A DNA stretch of 64,000 bases from an uncultured Bacteroidales bacterium. GTDB taxonomy: Bacteria > Bacteroidota > Bacteroidia > Bacteroidales > P3. The DNA lies in contig CAJONE010000005.1 in assembly GCA_905235855.1 (NCBI GenBank), positions 1,550-65,549 on the forward strand, in the 5' to 3' direction. Both the position numbers and the translations under genes were made by a program. Under the pieces are notes generated by a model. That model was not told the DNA's origin. It was given only the letters and a program-made list of their open reading frames with translations, and did not search any database. Below, piece after piece: positions 38,684 through 46,854 of this stretch; positions within the stretch are counted from its first letter, which is position 1, and every line of letters begins with the position of its first letter.

Positions 38684-40138
38684 ATGAACGCATCAGATTT
38701 GCAAAATGCCAAAAACTATATTCTGCTAAATTTGGGGCATAGTCCCACGCGCGATCAGGATGAGGCATGCGAGCGGATAGTGGAGTTCCTTTACGACCCG
38801 TCGTCAAATGCCGCGTGTGTGCTGCGCGGATATGCAGGCACAGGCAAGACCACGCTGGTCAGTGCGTTGATAAGCTCGGCAAAGGCAATGCGCCTGAAAA
38901 CCGTTTTGCTTGCGCCCACAGGCCGTGCGGCCAAGGTGCTGTCGAACTATTCGCACAGGCGTGCATTCACGATACACAAGTACATATACCTTACTGCAAC
39001 AGACCCCTCGGGCAACGTGCGTGTTGTGCGAGAGCCCAACAAGCACAGCTACACGCTGTTTATAGTGGACGAGGCATCGATGATCGGACTCTCGTCGCAG
39101 GGATTGGACGGCCATTCCATGAATAACCTGCTCGACGACCTGAACGAATATGTGCGTTCGGGCAACAACTGCAGGCTAATGCTTATAGGCGACAGTGCGC
39201 AGCTGCCTCCTGTGGGCGAGACTGAAAGTCCGGCCTTGAACAGTGGTTTTCTGCAAGGGGCACTTATGCTGAGGGTGCACGAGTCGGAACTCAGGGAGGT
39301 GGTGCGTCAGAAATACGAATCACAGATACTCACAGCCGCCACGGCGTTGCGAGCCAGGATAGGGCAGTTGTGTGACGGAGAACCGGTCGACATGCCTCTC
39401 TTTGCGGGACCCATGGGCCGTGACCTTGTGAGACTCGACGCGTGCGATATGACTGATGTGTTGAATCGCGAATATTCGGAGTGTTCGGAGGAGAATGTGG
39501 TCCTGATATGCCGCACAAACAAGCGTGCGAACCTTTTTAACCAGGCTATCCGCAACCGTGTTCTGTTTCGTGACGGTGAAATAAATGCTGGCGACTATCT
39601 TATGGTGGTGCGAAACAACTACCATTGGCTTGATGCCGACTCGGATATAGGTTTCATCGCCAACGGCGACATTGTGGAAGTGCTTGCGTTGCGAAACCAT
39701 GAGGAGCTTTACGGATTCCGTTTTGCAGACGCCACTGTTCGTTTCATAGACTATCCGGACGCCCCAACGCTCGATTGCAAGATAATTCTGAACACCCTGC
39801 ACTCGGAGAGCCCCAGCTTGACATCGGACGAGTCGCGACGGCTATATGACGCCGTAGCCGAGGACTATGCCGACCTACCGACACGCGCCGAACGGCACAA
39901 GGCCATTCGATCAAACCCTTACTATAACGCGCTTCAGGTTAAATTTGCCTATGCACTCACGTGCCACAAGACCCAAGGCGGCCAGTGGGACACCGTGATA
40001 GTGGAACAGGGCTACTTGACCGACGAGATGCTCAACAAAGAATACCTGCGATGGCTCTACACCGCCATTACGCGTGCAACGGGAAAAGTATACCTTCTGA
40101 ATTTCGAAGACAGGTTTTTCGGCGGAGAGACACCCTAA
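38684..40138 (+). CDS. RecD/Pif1-like SF1 DNA helicase
   Basis: Walker A GYAGTGKTT, Walker B LFIVDEASMI, and the C-terminal UvrD_C_2-type motif AYALTCHKTQGGQWDTVIV. Confidence 0.8.
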   Translation: MNASDLQNAKNYILLNLGHSPTRDQDEACERIVEFLYDPSSNAACVLRGYAGTGKTTLVSALISSAKAMRLKTVLLAPTGRAAKVLSNYSHRRAFTIHKYIYLTATDPSGNVRVVREPNKHSYTLFIVDEASMIGLSSQGLDGHSMNNLLDDLNEYVRSGNNCRLMLIGDSAQLPPVGETESPALNSGFLQGALMLRVHESELREVVRQKYESQILTAATALRARIGQLCDGEPVDMPLFAGPMGRDLVRLDACDMTDVLNREYSECSEENVVLICRTNKRANLFNQAIRNRVLFRDGEINAGDYLMVVRNNYHWLDADSDIGFIANGDIVEVLALRNHEELYGFRFADATVRFIDYPDAPTLDCKIILNTLHSESPSLTSDESRRLYDAVAEDYADLPTRAERHKAIRSNPYYNALQVKFAYALTCHKTQGGQWDTVIVEQGYLTDEMLNKEYLRWLYTAITRATGKVYLLNFEDRFFGGETP

Positions 40139-40554
40139 TAGCACATCACGTTGAATGCGTTTTTGATAAGGTTGATTTCGGGTTGGCCGTTGTGCATAAC
40201 AATGCCAACAACGTCAAATCTTGTATTGCCCTGCCAATTGTTGGAGCGCACGTAATGGTCGGCCAAGCGAATCAGCGATTGGCGTTTGCGGTGATCCACA
40301 GCGTCCTCGGGCAAGCCGGCGCTGGTGTCGTTGCGTGTCTTTACTTCAATTATAACAAGGTCACCTCCCTCAATGGCCACGAGGTCGATTTCGTGTTTTT
40401 TGGGCTGGTAGTTGTTGTCCAGTATAGTGTAGCCGTGGTTGGCCAGCCATTGTTTAGCAATGCGCTCTCCTTCCACGCCGAGTTTTTTGGCTTTTTGGCG
40501 GCTTTCAAGGCTGCGCGAGGCCGATGGCTCCCGAAGAACACTAACGTACGCCAT
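40135..40554 (-). CDS. YraN-family (UPF0102) endonuclease-like protein
   Basis: GERIAKQWLANHGYTILDNNY...EIDLVAI...LVIIEVKTR core. The internal ATG at 40554 is preferred. Confidence 0.8.
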   Translation of the reverse strand: MAYVSVLREPSASRSLESRQKAKKLGVEGERIAKQWLANHGYTILDNNYQPKKHEIDLVAIEGGDLVIIEVKTRNDTSAGLPEDAVDHRKRQSLIRLADHYVRSNNWQGNTRFDVVGIVMHNGQPEINLIKNAFNVMCY

Positions 40555-40799
40555 GATTTGTAAGGTTTTAGCGGAATTATAAGGTAACAAGCTTTTTGGA
40601 TACGCACATTGGCAAAATGCAGTTGCTGAACGACAGAGGGTCGTAGCATGCCACTGTTTAATTGCAAAACGGTTTTTGGGTGTTTTTATTGCAGATTGCG
40701 ATTGTCGGCGGCTAATTTTGAGTTATGCTGGCGGATGACCGACAGGGTATGCTTTTGCGGTGTATGTATATGTTTTTTCGCCGATTGTGTTATTTTTTG

Positions 40800-40807
40800 T
40801 ACTTTTG
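40800..40807 (+). promoter_or_regulatory. Bacteroidetes -7 promoter box (TACTTTTG)
   Basis: TAnnTTTG match 9 nt upstream of ATG 40816 and 21 nt upstream of ATG 40828. This argues against the longer 40648 start. Confidence 0.4.
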
Positions 40808-40815
40808 CGGACAAA

Positions 40816-42006
40816 ATGTGGAATGCGATGGATATAAGTTCATTTTTCGAACCGATAGATATCAGCAAGATAGGCTATAAGCGAGGTCATTTTGCACCAC
40901 GGTTTGGCGATTTGGTTGACAGCTACAATAAAGAGGGCAACCGGTTCCCATCCATTGAAAAGGGAGGAATAGCAATAATTGGGCTTACCGACGGTCGTGG
41001 CGCCGCGGCGAATCTCAACTGCGCCAACGCTGCCGATATGGTGCGCCGGTACCTGTACCCGCTTGCGGGCATTGAGAACGGCGTGAGGGTGATGGACCTT
41101 GGCAATATGGTTCAAGGTGAGCGGGTGGAGGACTCGCGTCAGGCTTTGGTCGAGGTGGCGGCTGAACTGTTGCGGCACAACTGCATCATTGTGGCCGTCG
41201 GCGGAGGACAGGATTATACGTGGTCGCTCTATCGTGCATACGCGCAGGTTGGACGGGTGCTCAACATTGCGGCCATAGACTCGCGTTTCGACATTGACGA
41301 GGATGGAGTGCTGGACTCGCACAATTGGCTACGCCACATCATAATGGATCAGCCGAACTATCTTTTCAATTTTACCAATGTTGGATATCAGACCTATTTT
41401 GTGGGGCAGCCCTATGTGGAACTGATGGATGACCTGAAATTCGATGCCTACCGGCTTGGCTGGGTGAGAGAGAATATTGGCCGCTCAGAGCCGTTGCTGC
41501 GCAATGCCGACTGCGTAAGTATTGACATTGGTGCTGTGCGGCAGAGCGATGCCCCGGCCAATACTTTTCCGTCGCCGCACGGTTTCTATGGTGAGGAGCT
41601 ATGCCAGCTGACGAGATTTGCCGGTTTGAGCGACAAAACCAGTTCGCTCGGACTGTTTGAGTTTTCGCCGGTGCACGACAATTCGGGACAGACTGCGCAC
41701 ATGCTCTCACACGCTTTGTGGTATTTTGCAGATGCCGTGGGCCAGCGCAAAGACGACAACCCGTACCGCGACACGGAGAACTACCGCCGTGTGATTGTAC
41801 CGCTCGAAGAACATGGCATAGAGGTGGTTTACTACAAAAGCAAAAAAAGCGACCGTTGGTGGGTCGAGGTTCCGTGTTCTACCAATACAAAAGACTCAAA
41901 CAAGCAGCATATGCTTATACCATGCCTTTACTCCGACTACGAGCAGGCGCTTGAGAACAAGATACCGGACGTGTGGTGGAAATTCTATACTCGCATGAAC
42001 AGCTGA
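40816..42006 (+). CDS. Arginase/formimidoylglutamase-fold protein with non-canonical metal-site residues
   Basis: The arginase-family layout is recognisable: GGGQD where GGDHS is expected, IDSRFD where DxHxD is expected, and SIDIG...SDAP where SxDxD..DP..AP is expected. The start may be 40816 or 40828. Confidence 0.6.
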   Translation: MWNAMDISSFFEPIDISKIGYKRGHFAPRFGDLVDSYNKEGNRFPSIEKGGIAIIGLTDGRGAAANLNCANAADMVRRYLYPLAGIENGVRVMDLGNMVQGERVEDSRQALVEVAAELLRHNCIIVAVGGGQDYTWSLYRAYAQVGRVLNIAAIDSRFDIDEDGVLDSHNWLRHIIMDQPNYLFNFTNVGYQTYFVGQPYVELMDDLKFDAYRLGWVRENIGRSEPLLRNADCVSIDIGAVRQSDAPANTFPSPHGFYGEELCQLTRFAGLSDKTSSLGLFEFSPVHDNSGQTAHMLSHALWYFADAVGQRKDDNPYRDTENYRRVIVPLEEHGIEVVYYKSKKSDRWWVEVPCSTNTKDSNKQHMLIPCLYSDYEQALENKIPDVWWKFYTRMNS

Positions 42007-42046
42007 AAATTCAATAATTCCAAAAACAGATTCAAATCTTATTTAT

Positions 42047-42149
42047 TAACCCAAGGGGTGCTGCAAAACTGCGGAGTGCGAACCGATAGTGCTCCAGACA
42101 GCTGAGAACAAACCCTTACAACCTGATCCGGATAATACCGGCGGAGGAA
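42047..42149 (+). promoter_or_regulatory. TPP (THI-box) riboswitch
   Basis: GGGGTGC ... GCTGAGA ... ACCC ... AACCTGATCCGGATAATACCGGCGGAGGAA matches the conserved THI-element core. It ends 6 nt before the ATG of the TonB-dependent receptor. Confidence 0.88.
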
Positions 42150-42154
42150 AAACT

Positions 42155-44401
42155 ATGAAAAAAACTTTATGTGGGCTCTCAAGCAGAGCCGTTGCCGTTT
42201 TGGCAACAATTGTTTCGACAACAATCCCGTTTGGCGCCAATGCGCAGGAACATCGTGACAGCCGCGATTCGGTGCGTGTGCTCGAGGAAGTGATTGTGAG
42301 CGACAGCAGGGTGAGCGCATCGGCGCCTATGACGACAGCGACGCTCACGCGTGACGACATCAGCGACCGCAAGGGCGAAATTTCGGTGCCCTACGTTCTG
42401 GAAATGCAACCAAGCGTTGTGGTTGAGAGCGAGCAGGGCAGGACTGGCAACACGTCGATACGCATCCGAGGTGTGGACGCGACGCGCATCAATGTCAACA
42501 TCAACGGTATCACGTTGAACGACGCCGAGAGCCAGGCTGTATATTGGGTGAACATACCGAATTTGGGCGGAATGGCGCAGAGCCTGCAGCTGCAGCGAGG
42601 TGTTGGCACCTCGGTGGGCGGAAGTGCCGCGCTCGGGGGCACGATAAGCTTCCAAACCCTGACACCGGCATCGGAGCCCTACGCCACGGTGGATATCGGC
42701 TACGGGTCGTTCAACACGAAACAATATGGCATAACCGTCGGCAGCGGGCGCACGAAACACGGTTTTGCGTTCGACATGGCATACAACGGTTTCGGGTCGG
42801 ACGGATATGTGCGCAACAGCGGCAGCGACCAGCAATCGCTTTTTCTCACCGGTAGCTGGTCGAACGACAAAACGCTGCTCAAAGCCATTTTTATACTCGG
42901 ACACCAGCGCACCGAAATAGCCTGGAACGGTTCGACTGCCACTGACCTCGATGCCGACCCGCGATACAATGATGCGGGCATGTATGCCGACGACCTCGGA
43001 AACATATACTATTACGACAACGAGGCGGATTTCTACAACCAGCGCCACTATCAGCTCTATTGGGTTCAGACTTTGGTCAAAGGATGGAGTCTCAATGCAG
43101 CATTCGATTTCACGCACGGCGACGGTTACGACGAGAACTACCGCTACAACAGCAAACCTGCAAAATACGGACTTATAAGCAATGGCAGGGTTGACTGCAT
43201 CACTCAGAAAAACATGTTCAACAGCTCGTATACGCTCAATATGGCCGCAAAATACCGCAACAAATGGGTCGACCTTTCGTTTGGTGCGGCAGGCAACTAC
43301 TACGACGGCAACCATTACGGCAACGTGATATGGTCGAAAGATTCGACACTGAACAAAACCCTTGCACATTATGGGCTACCAAACGGCGATGGCGACAAAT
43401 ATGAATGGTACCGCAACAAAGGTGTGAAAAGGGACGGATCGTTTTTCGCCAAAGCCTCTTTCAGTTTGCTTGACGGGCACATGAATGTGTACGCCGACCT
43501 GCAATTGCGTTTTGTGGACTACACGCTACGCGGTCGCGACGACGAGTTTTTCCGTGACTTTGATTCGGTCGAGATGGACTATCATAAGTTCTATCCGTTT
43601 TTCAACCCGCGTGTGGGCATAAACTACGCATTCAACGAAATGCACCGTATCTATTTTGTTGCCGGCATATCCAACCGCGAGCCAAACCGCTCGGACGTGA
43701 AAAACCACCTGATGATTGGCGAAGAGGTGAAGGCCGAGCACCTTCTCGACATTGAGTTCGGCTATGGGCTGAAAGGCAAGAACTACACTGCCAAAGCCAA
43801 TATGTATGCGATGCTCTACAAAGACCAGCTCACCCCGAGCGGACTGTTCAGCACATCGGGATACGGACTGCTTATAAATGTGGACAAGAGCTACCGTATC
43901 GGTATCGAACTCGAGGGTGGCTACAAGCCGTGTCGCTGGTTTGACTTTGGAGCCAATCTCACGCTCAGCCAAAACAAGGTAATAGACTACGAATACGAGG
44001 ATTGCGACTCGTTGTGGAACTACCGTTCGCACAAAGGGACAACCGATTTGGCAATGTCGCCGAGTATAGTGGGAGCTCTAATGCTCAATTTCAACCCGTG
44101 GAAAACGCTCAAGCTGCAGCTCGTAGGCAAATATGTGGGCGACATGTACGTCGACAACACATCGCGCGAGTCGATGAAGCAGGATGGCTACTTTGTGAGC
44201 AACGCAAAGATATCGTACACATGGACACTGAAAGGGAAGAGCACAATCGAAGCGCAGTTTCTGGTCAACAACCTCTTCAACAACCACTACAGGCTTTCGG
44301 CGTGGGGAAGCGATTCGTGGGATGTCCCGGGTGCGGTCGACAGATATTACTACCAGCAGCCTGGCATAAATTTTATGGGCCGCATTGTGGTCAGCTTGTA
44401 G
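42155..44401 (+). CDS. TonB-dependent receptor (probable thiamine/thiamine-precursor outer-membrane transporter)
   Basis: Signal peptide ...FGANA|QEH, plug domain (IRIRGVDATRINVNINGITLND), a long beta-barrel and a C-terminal aromatic residue. Preceded by the TPP riboswitch. Confidence 0.85.
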   Translation: MKKTLCGLSSRAVAVLATIVSTTIPFGANAQEHRDSRDSVRVLEEVIVSDSRVSASAPMTTATLTRDDISDRKGEISVPYVLEMQPSVVVESEQGRTGNTSIRIRGVDATRINVNINGITLNDAESQAVYWVNIPNLGGMAQSLQLQRGVGTSVGGSAALGGTISFQTLTPASEPYATVDIGYGSFNTKQYGITVGSGRTKHGFAFDMAYNGFGSDGYVRNSGSDQQSLFLTGSWSNDKTLLKAIFILGHQRTEIAWNGSTATDLDADPRYNDAGMYADDLGNIYYYDNEADFYNQRHYQLYWVQTLVKGWSLNAAFDFTHGDGYDENYRYNSKPAKYGLISNGRVDCITQKNMFNSSYTLNMAAKYRNKWVDLSFGAAGNYYDGNHYGNVIWSKDSTLNKTLAHYGLPNGDGDKYEWYRNKGVKRDGSFFAKASFSLLDGHMNVYADLQLRFVDYTLRGRDDEFFRDFDSVEMDYHKFYPFFNPRVGINYAFNEMHRIYFVAGISNREPNRSDVKNHLMIGEEVKAEHLLDIEFGYGLKGKNYTAKANMYAMLYKDQLTPSGLFSTSGYGLLINVDKSYRIGIELEGGYKPCRWFDFGANLTLSQNKVIDYEYEDCDSLWNYRSHKGTTDLAMSPSIVGALMLNFNPWKTLKLQLVGKYVGDMYVDNTSRESMKQDGYFVSNAKISYTWTLKGKSTIEAQFLVNNLFNNHYRLSAWGSDSWDVPGAVDRYYYQQPGINFMGRIVVSL

Positions 44402-44437
44402 AGGGTGGGGGAGTGTCAATCCTGAATTTCGGACGCA

Positions 44438-45088
44438 TTGGTTCAAATCACTTTTTTCAATATTCAGCTTGATCTGGTTGAGGTGGTAGGCGCGGCTATC
44501 GGTCTTGCCTACCTCTTCTTCGAATACCGTGCCAGTATCTGGACGTGGGTGTTCGGTGTTCTGATGCCTGTGGTGTATGTGTGGCTGTTCTTCCGCAAAG
44601 GGCTCTATGCCAATATGGGAATCAACGTTTATTATATAGCGGCCTCGGTGTATGGCTTTGTCGCGTGGCGGCGGACGATGAGGCAAAGTGCAGGTGTTGC
44701 CGATTCGGAGACCGACCAGCTGCCGTCGGGAGGCCAGGTGGCGATTCAAAGCTGCCCGCGCAGGTTTTTCATTCCCATCGTGGTCATAACGCTTCTTTTA
44801 GCCGCAGCCCTGACGTTTCTGCTAATGCAGCTGAAAGAGAGCCAATATCCGTTGCTCGACGGGTTGACGGCCTCGCTGTCAATGATGATGATGTATATGC
44901 TTTCGCGCCGCTGGTACCAGCAGTGGATTCTATGCATCGTCAGCGAGCCGCTAATGATGGCACTTGGCATCCTCACGGGCATGTACGCCACAGCCGTGAT
45001 GTATGCCATTTACCTCGTCGTGGCGGTTATGGGCTACATCAAATGGCGCAGGGACTATCTCTTGCAGACTACGGGCGGAAAACAGTGA
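44438..45088 (+). CDS. PnuC-family transporter (PnuT-like thiamine transporter)
   Basis: 7-TM PnuC-like sequence (VEVVGAAIGLAYLFFEYRASIWTWVFGVL..., YGFVAWRR). Lies in the riboswitch-controlled operon. TTG start. Confidence 0.7.
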   Translation: MVQITFFNIQLDLVEVVGAAIGLAYLFFEYRASIWTWVFGVLMPVVYVWLFFRKGLYANMGINVYYIAASVYGFVAWRRTMRQSAGVADSETDQLPSGGQVAIQSCPRRFFIPIVVITLLLAAALTFLLMQLKESQYPLLDGLTASLSMMMMYMLSRRWYQQWILCIVSEPLMMALGILTGMYATAVMYAIYLVVAVMGYIKWRRDYLLQTTGGKQ

Positions 45089-45098
45089 CAAAAAGCTT

Positions 45099-45692
45099 AT
45101 GAACAGTAACGAAATACCTGTCGAGCGGCATCCGCTGAAGCCGTTTCTGCCACGAGGGGCTCGTCTGCTTATGCTTGGCAGTTTTCCGCCGCCGCGCAAC
45201 CGCTGGCGCATGGATTTTTTCTACCCTAACCCGTCGAATCAAATGTGGAACATATTTGGACTTCTGTTTTATGGTGATGCAGAAAGATTTGTGGACAAGG
45301 AACGGCGTGGTTTTAGGCAGGCTGATATCCAGTCGATGCTTGCCGAACACGGAATAGCCGTTTACGACACGGCCACGGCCGTTTGCCGCATGAACGGCAA
45401 CGCTTCCGACAAAGGCCTGTGTATAGTCGAGAAAACCGATCTGTCAGCACTGTTGTCCGACTTGCCGTTGTGTGGCGATATAGTGTGCACTGGTCAGAAA
45501 AGCATCAGCGTGATTGTTGAGGATTATGGTGCGAGTGTCCCGCCGATGGGTATGGCCAGCGAGTTCATTTTGGGCAACCGGATTATGCGGCTTTGGCGGA
45601 TGCCCTCCTCGTCGAGAGCCTACCCGATGAGGCTGCACGAGAAAGCAGGCTACTATCGCCGCATGATGGTCGCGACTGGTATATTGAAGTGA
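45099..45692 (+). CDS. Uracil-DNA glycosylase superfamily protein (hypoxanthine/deoxyinosine glycosylase-like)
   Basis: LLMLGSFPPP...FFYPNPSNQMWNIFG motif, typical of the family-6-like UDG group. The internal ATG at 45099 is preferred. Confidence 0.55.
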   Translation: MNSNEIPVERHPLKPFLPRGARLLMLGSFPPPRNRWRMDFFYPNPSNQMWNIFGLLFYGDAERFVDKERRGFRQADIQSMLAEHGIAVYDTATAVCRMNGNASDKGLCIVEKTDLSALLSDLPLCGDIVCTGQKSISVIVEDYGASVPPMGMASEFILGNRIMRLWRMPSSSRAYPMRLHEKAGYYRRMMVATGILK

Positions 45693-45727
45693 AAGTTTAT
45701 GTGCAAACAAAATTCCGGCATAGAAAA

Positions 45728-46396
45728 ATGAATGTAGCTATCCTTTGCAACGGTGATTTTCCTACTGCACCCCAGCCGCTTAAAGCATTCGGCGAGGCCG
45801 ACCAAATAGTGTGCTGCGACGGTGCTTACGACACGTTTGTGGGCAAGGGTCTGGGTATATGTGCGCCCATCATCGTAATAGGCGATATGGATTCGATAGG
45901 AAACAGTGGCGCTGTGCGCTGCATACGGGTCGCCGAGCAGGACACCAACGACCAGACGAAGGCATTCCGTTATGTGCGCGACAAATGGCCGGAGGCCAAC
46001 ATAACAATCTTGGGGGCCACCGGCAAACGGGAGGACCACACACTGGGCAATATCTCTCTCCTTGCTGACTATTTTGAAAGTGTGTGCAATAGCGGGTTAC
46101 AGGACTTTCACCATGCCAGCGCCCCGGTTGTCTGTATGCTTACCGATTACGGACGCTTTACACCAGTGAACCGGCGGAGCGAGTTTGCCAGTTTCGCGCG
46201 ACAGCAGGTCTCGCTGTTTTCAATGACCCCCGGTTGTCTGATAACCACCGAGGGGCTGAAATATCCGCTCTGCCGCGAGCCTTTGCCCCGTTTGTGGCAG
46301 GGAACGCTCAATGCGTGCCTCGGCGACAGTTTTGCGATTATCCCGGAAAACGGCATTGTGATTGTATATCAAACCTATCAACCCAAGGAGGAATAG
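45728..46396 (+). CDS. Thiamine diphosphokinase
   Basis: TPK motifs CCDGAY, VIGDMDS, EQDTNDQTKA and GATGKREDHTLGNI. ATG at 45728. Confidence 0.78.
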   Translation: MNVAILCNGDFPTAPQPLKAFGEADQIVCCDGAYDTFVGKGLGICAPIIVIGDMDSIGNSGAVRCIRVAEQDTNDQTKAFRYVRDKWPEANITILGATGKREDHTLGNISLLADYFESVCNSGLQDFHHASAPVVCMLTDYGRFTPVNRRSEFASFARQQVSLFSMTPGCLITTEGLKYPLCREPLPRLWQGTLNACLGDSFAIIPENGIVIVYQTYQPKEE

Positions 46397-46661
46397 TCTT
46401 TACGTGATAATTCTAAACAACCTAATAGGCTGAATGTTCAGATATTGCATGTGTATACGGTTATTGCTTCGGTTCGAAATGTGCAATTTTGCATTATAGG
46501 GGCACAAAAAAAGCGACCTAAAATGAAAAAAATTGCAAAAAAGTAGCAGTAAGAGGTCATAAATAAGAAAAAACTGTACTCAAAATATCGTCATAGTCGA
46601 CCACCTGCAAATATGAGAATTTTCTCCGCAAAAAAAATGTCGGTGATTGTGCAGACTTTTA

Positions 46662-46669
46662 TAATTTTG
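46662..46669 (+). promoter_or_regulatory. Orphan Bacteroidetes -7 promoter box (TAATTTTG) with no downstream ORF
   Basis: TAnnTTTG match. The ~140 nt between it and the 46788-46819 hairpin contain no ATG-initiated ORF. Confidence 0.35.
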
Positions 46670-46787
46670 CAACGTCTTAAGAGGTCAGAAGAGGTTTTGT
46701 TGGTTTGCCTCTTCGCGCACAAGGGCTTTTTCCGAAACGCCGTGTGCTGAAAAAAAGGGCACTTAAGATATAGTTTGGTTTAAAAGC

Positions 46788-46819
46788 AAATACCGGGTGG
46801 TGAAAGCCGCCCGGTATTT
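46788..46819. terminator. Strong hairpin, probable bidirectional terminator
   Basis: AAATACCGGGTGG-TGAAAG-CCGCCCGGTATTT forms a 13 bp stem with one G-U pair. T-rich on the minus-strand side (TTTGCTTTTAAA) and TTTGTGGTTT on the plus side. Confidence 0.65.
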
Positions 46820-46854
46820 GTGGTTTAGGTCCGTGCCAGGTCGGTTACCTGGGA

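Noticed and set aside
40648-40815. Cys/Phe-rich 56 aa extension of the arginase-fold ORF
   Set aside because: It has a non-protein-like composition (CFYCRLRLSAANFELCW...) and contains a TAnnTTTG box at 40800-40807. It would also overlap the region upstream of the convergent YraN gene.
42179-43369. 396 aa minus-strand ORF opposite the TonB-dependent receptor
   Set aside because: It is entirely antisense to a gene with clear plug and barrel motifs. The translation is Val/Arg/Ala-rich with no recognisable domain.
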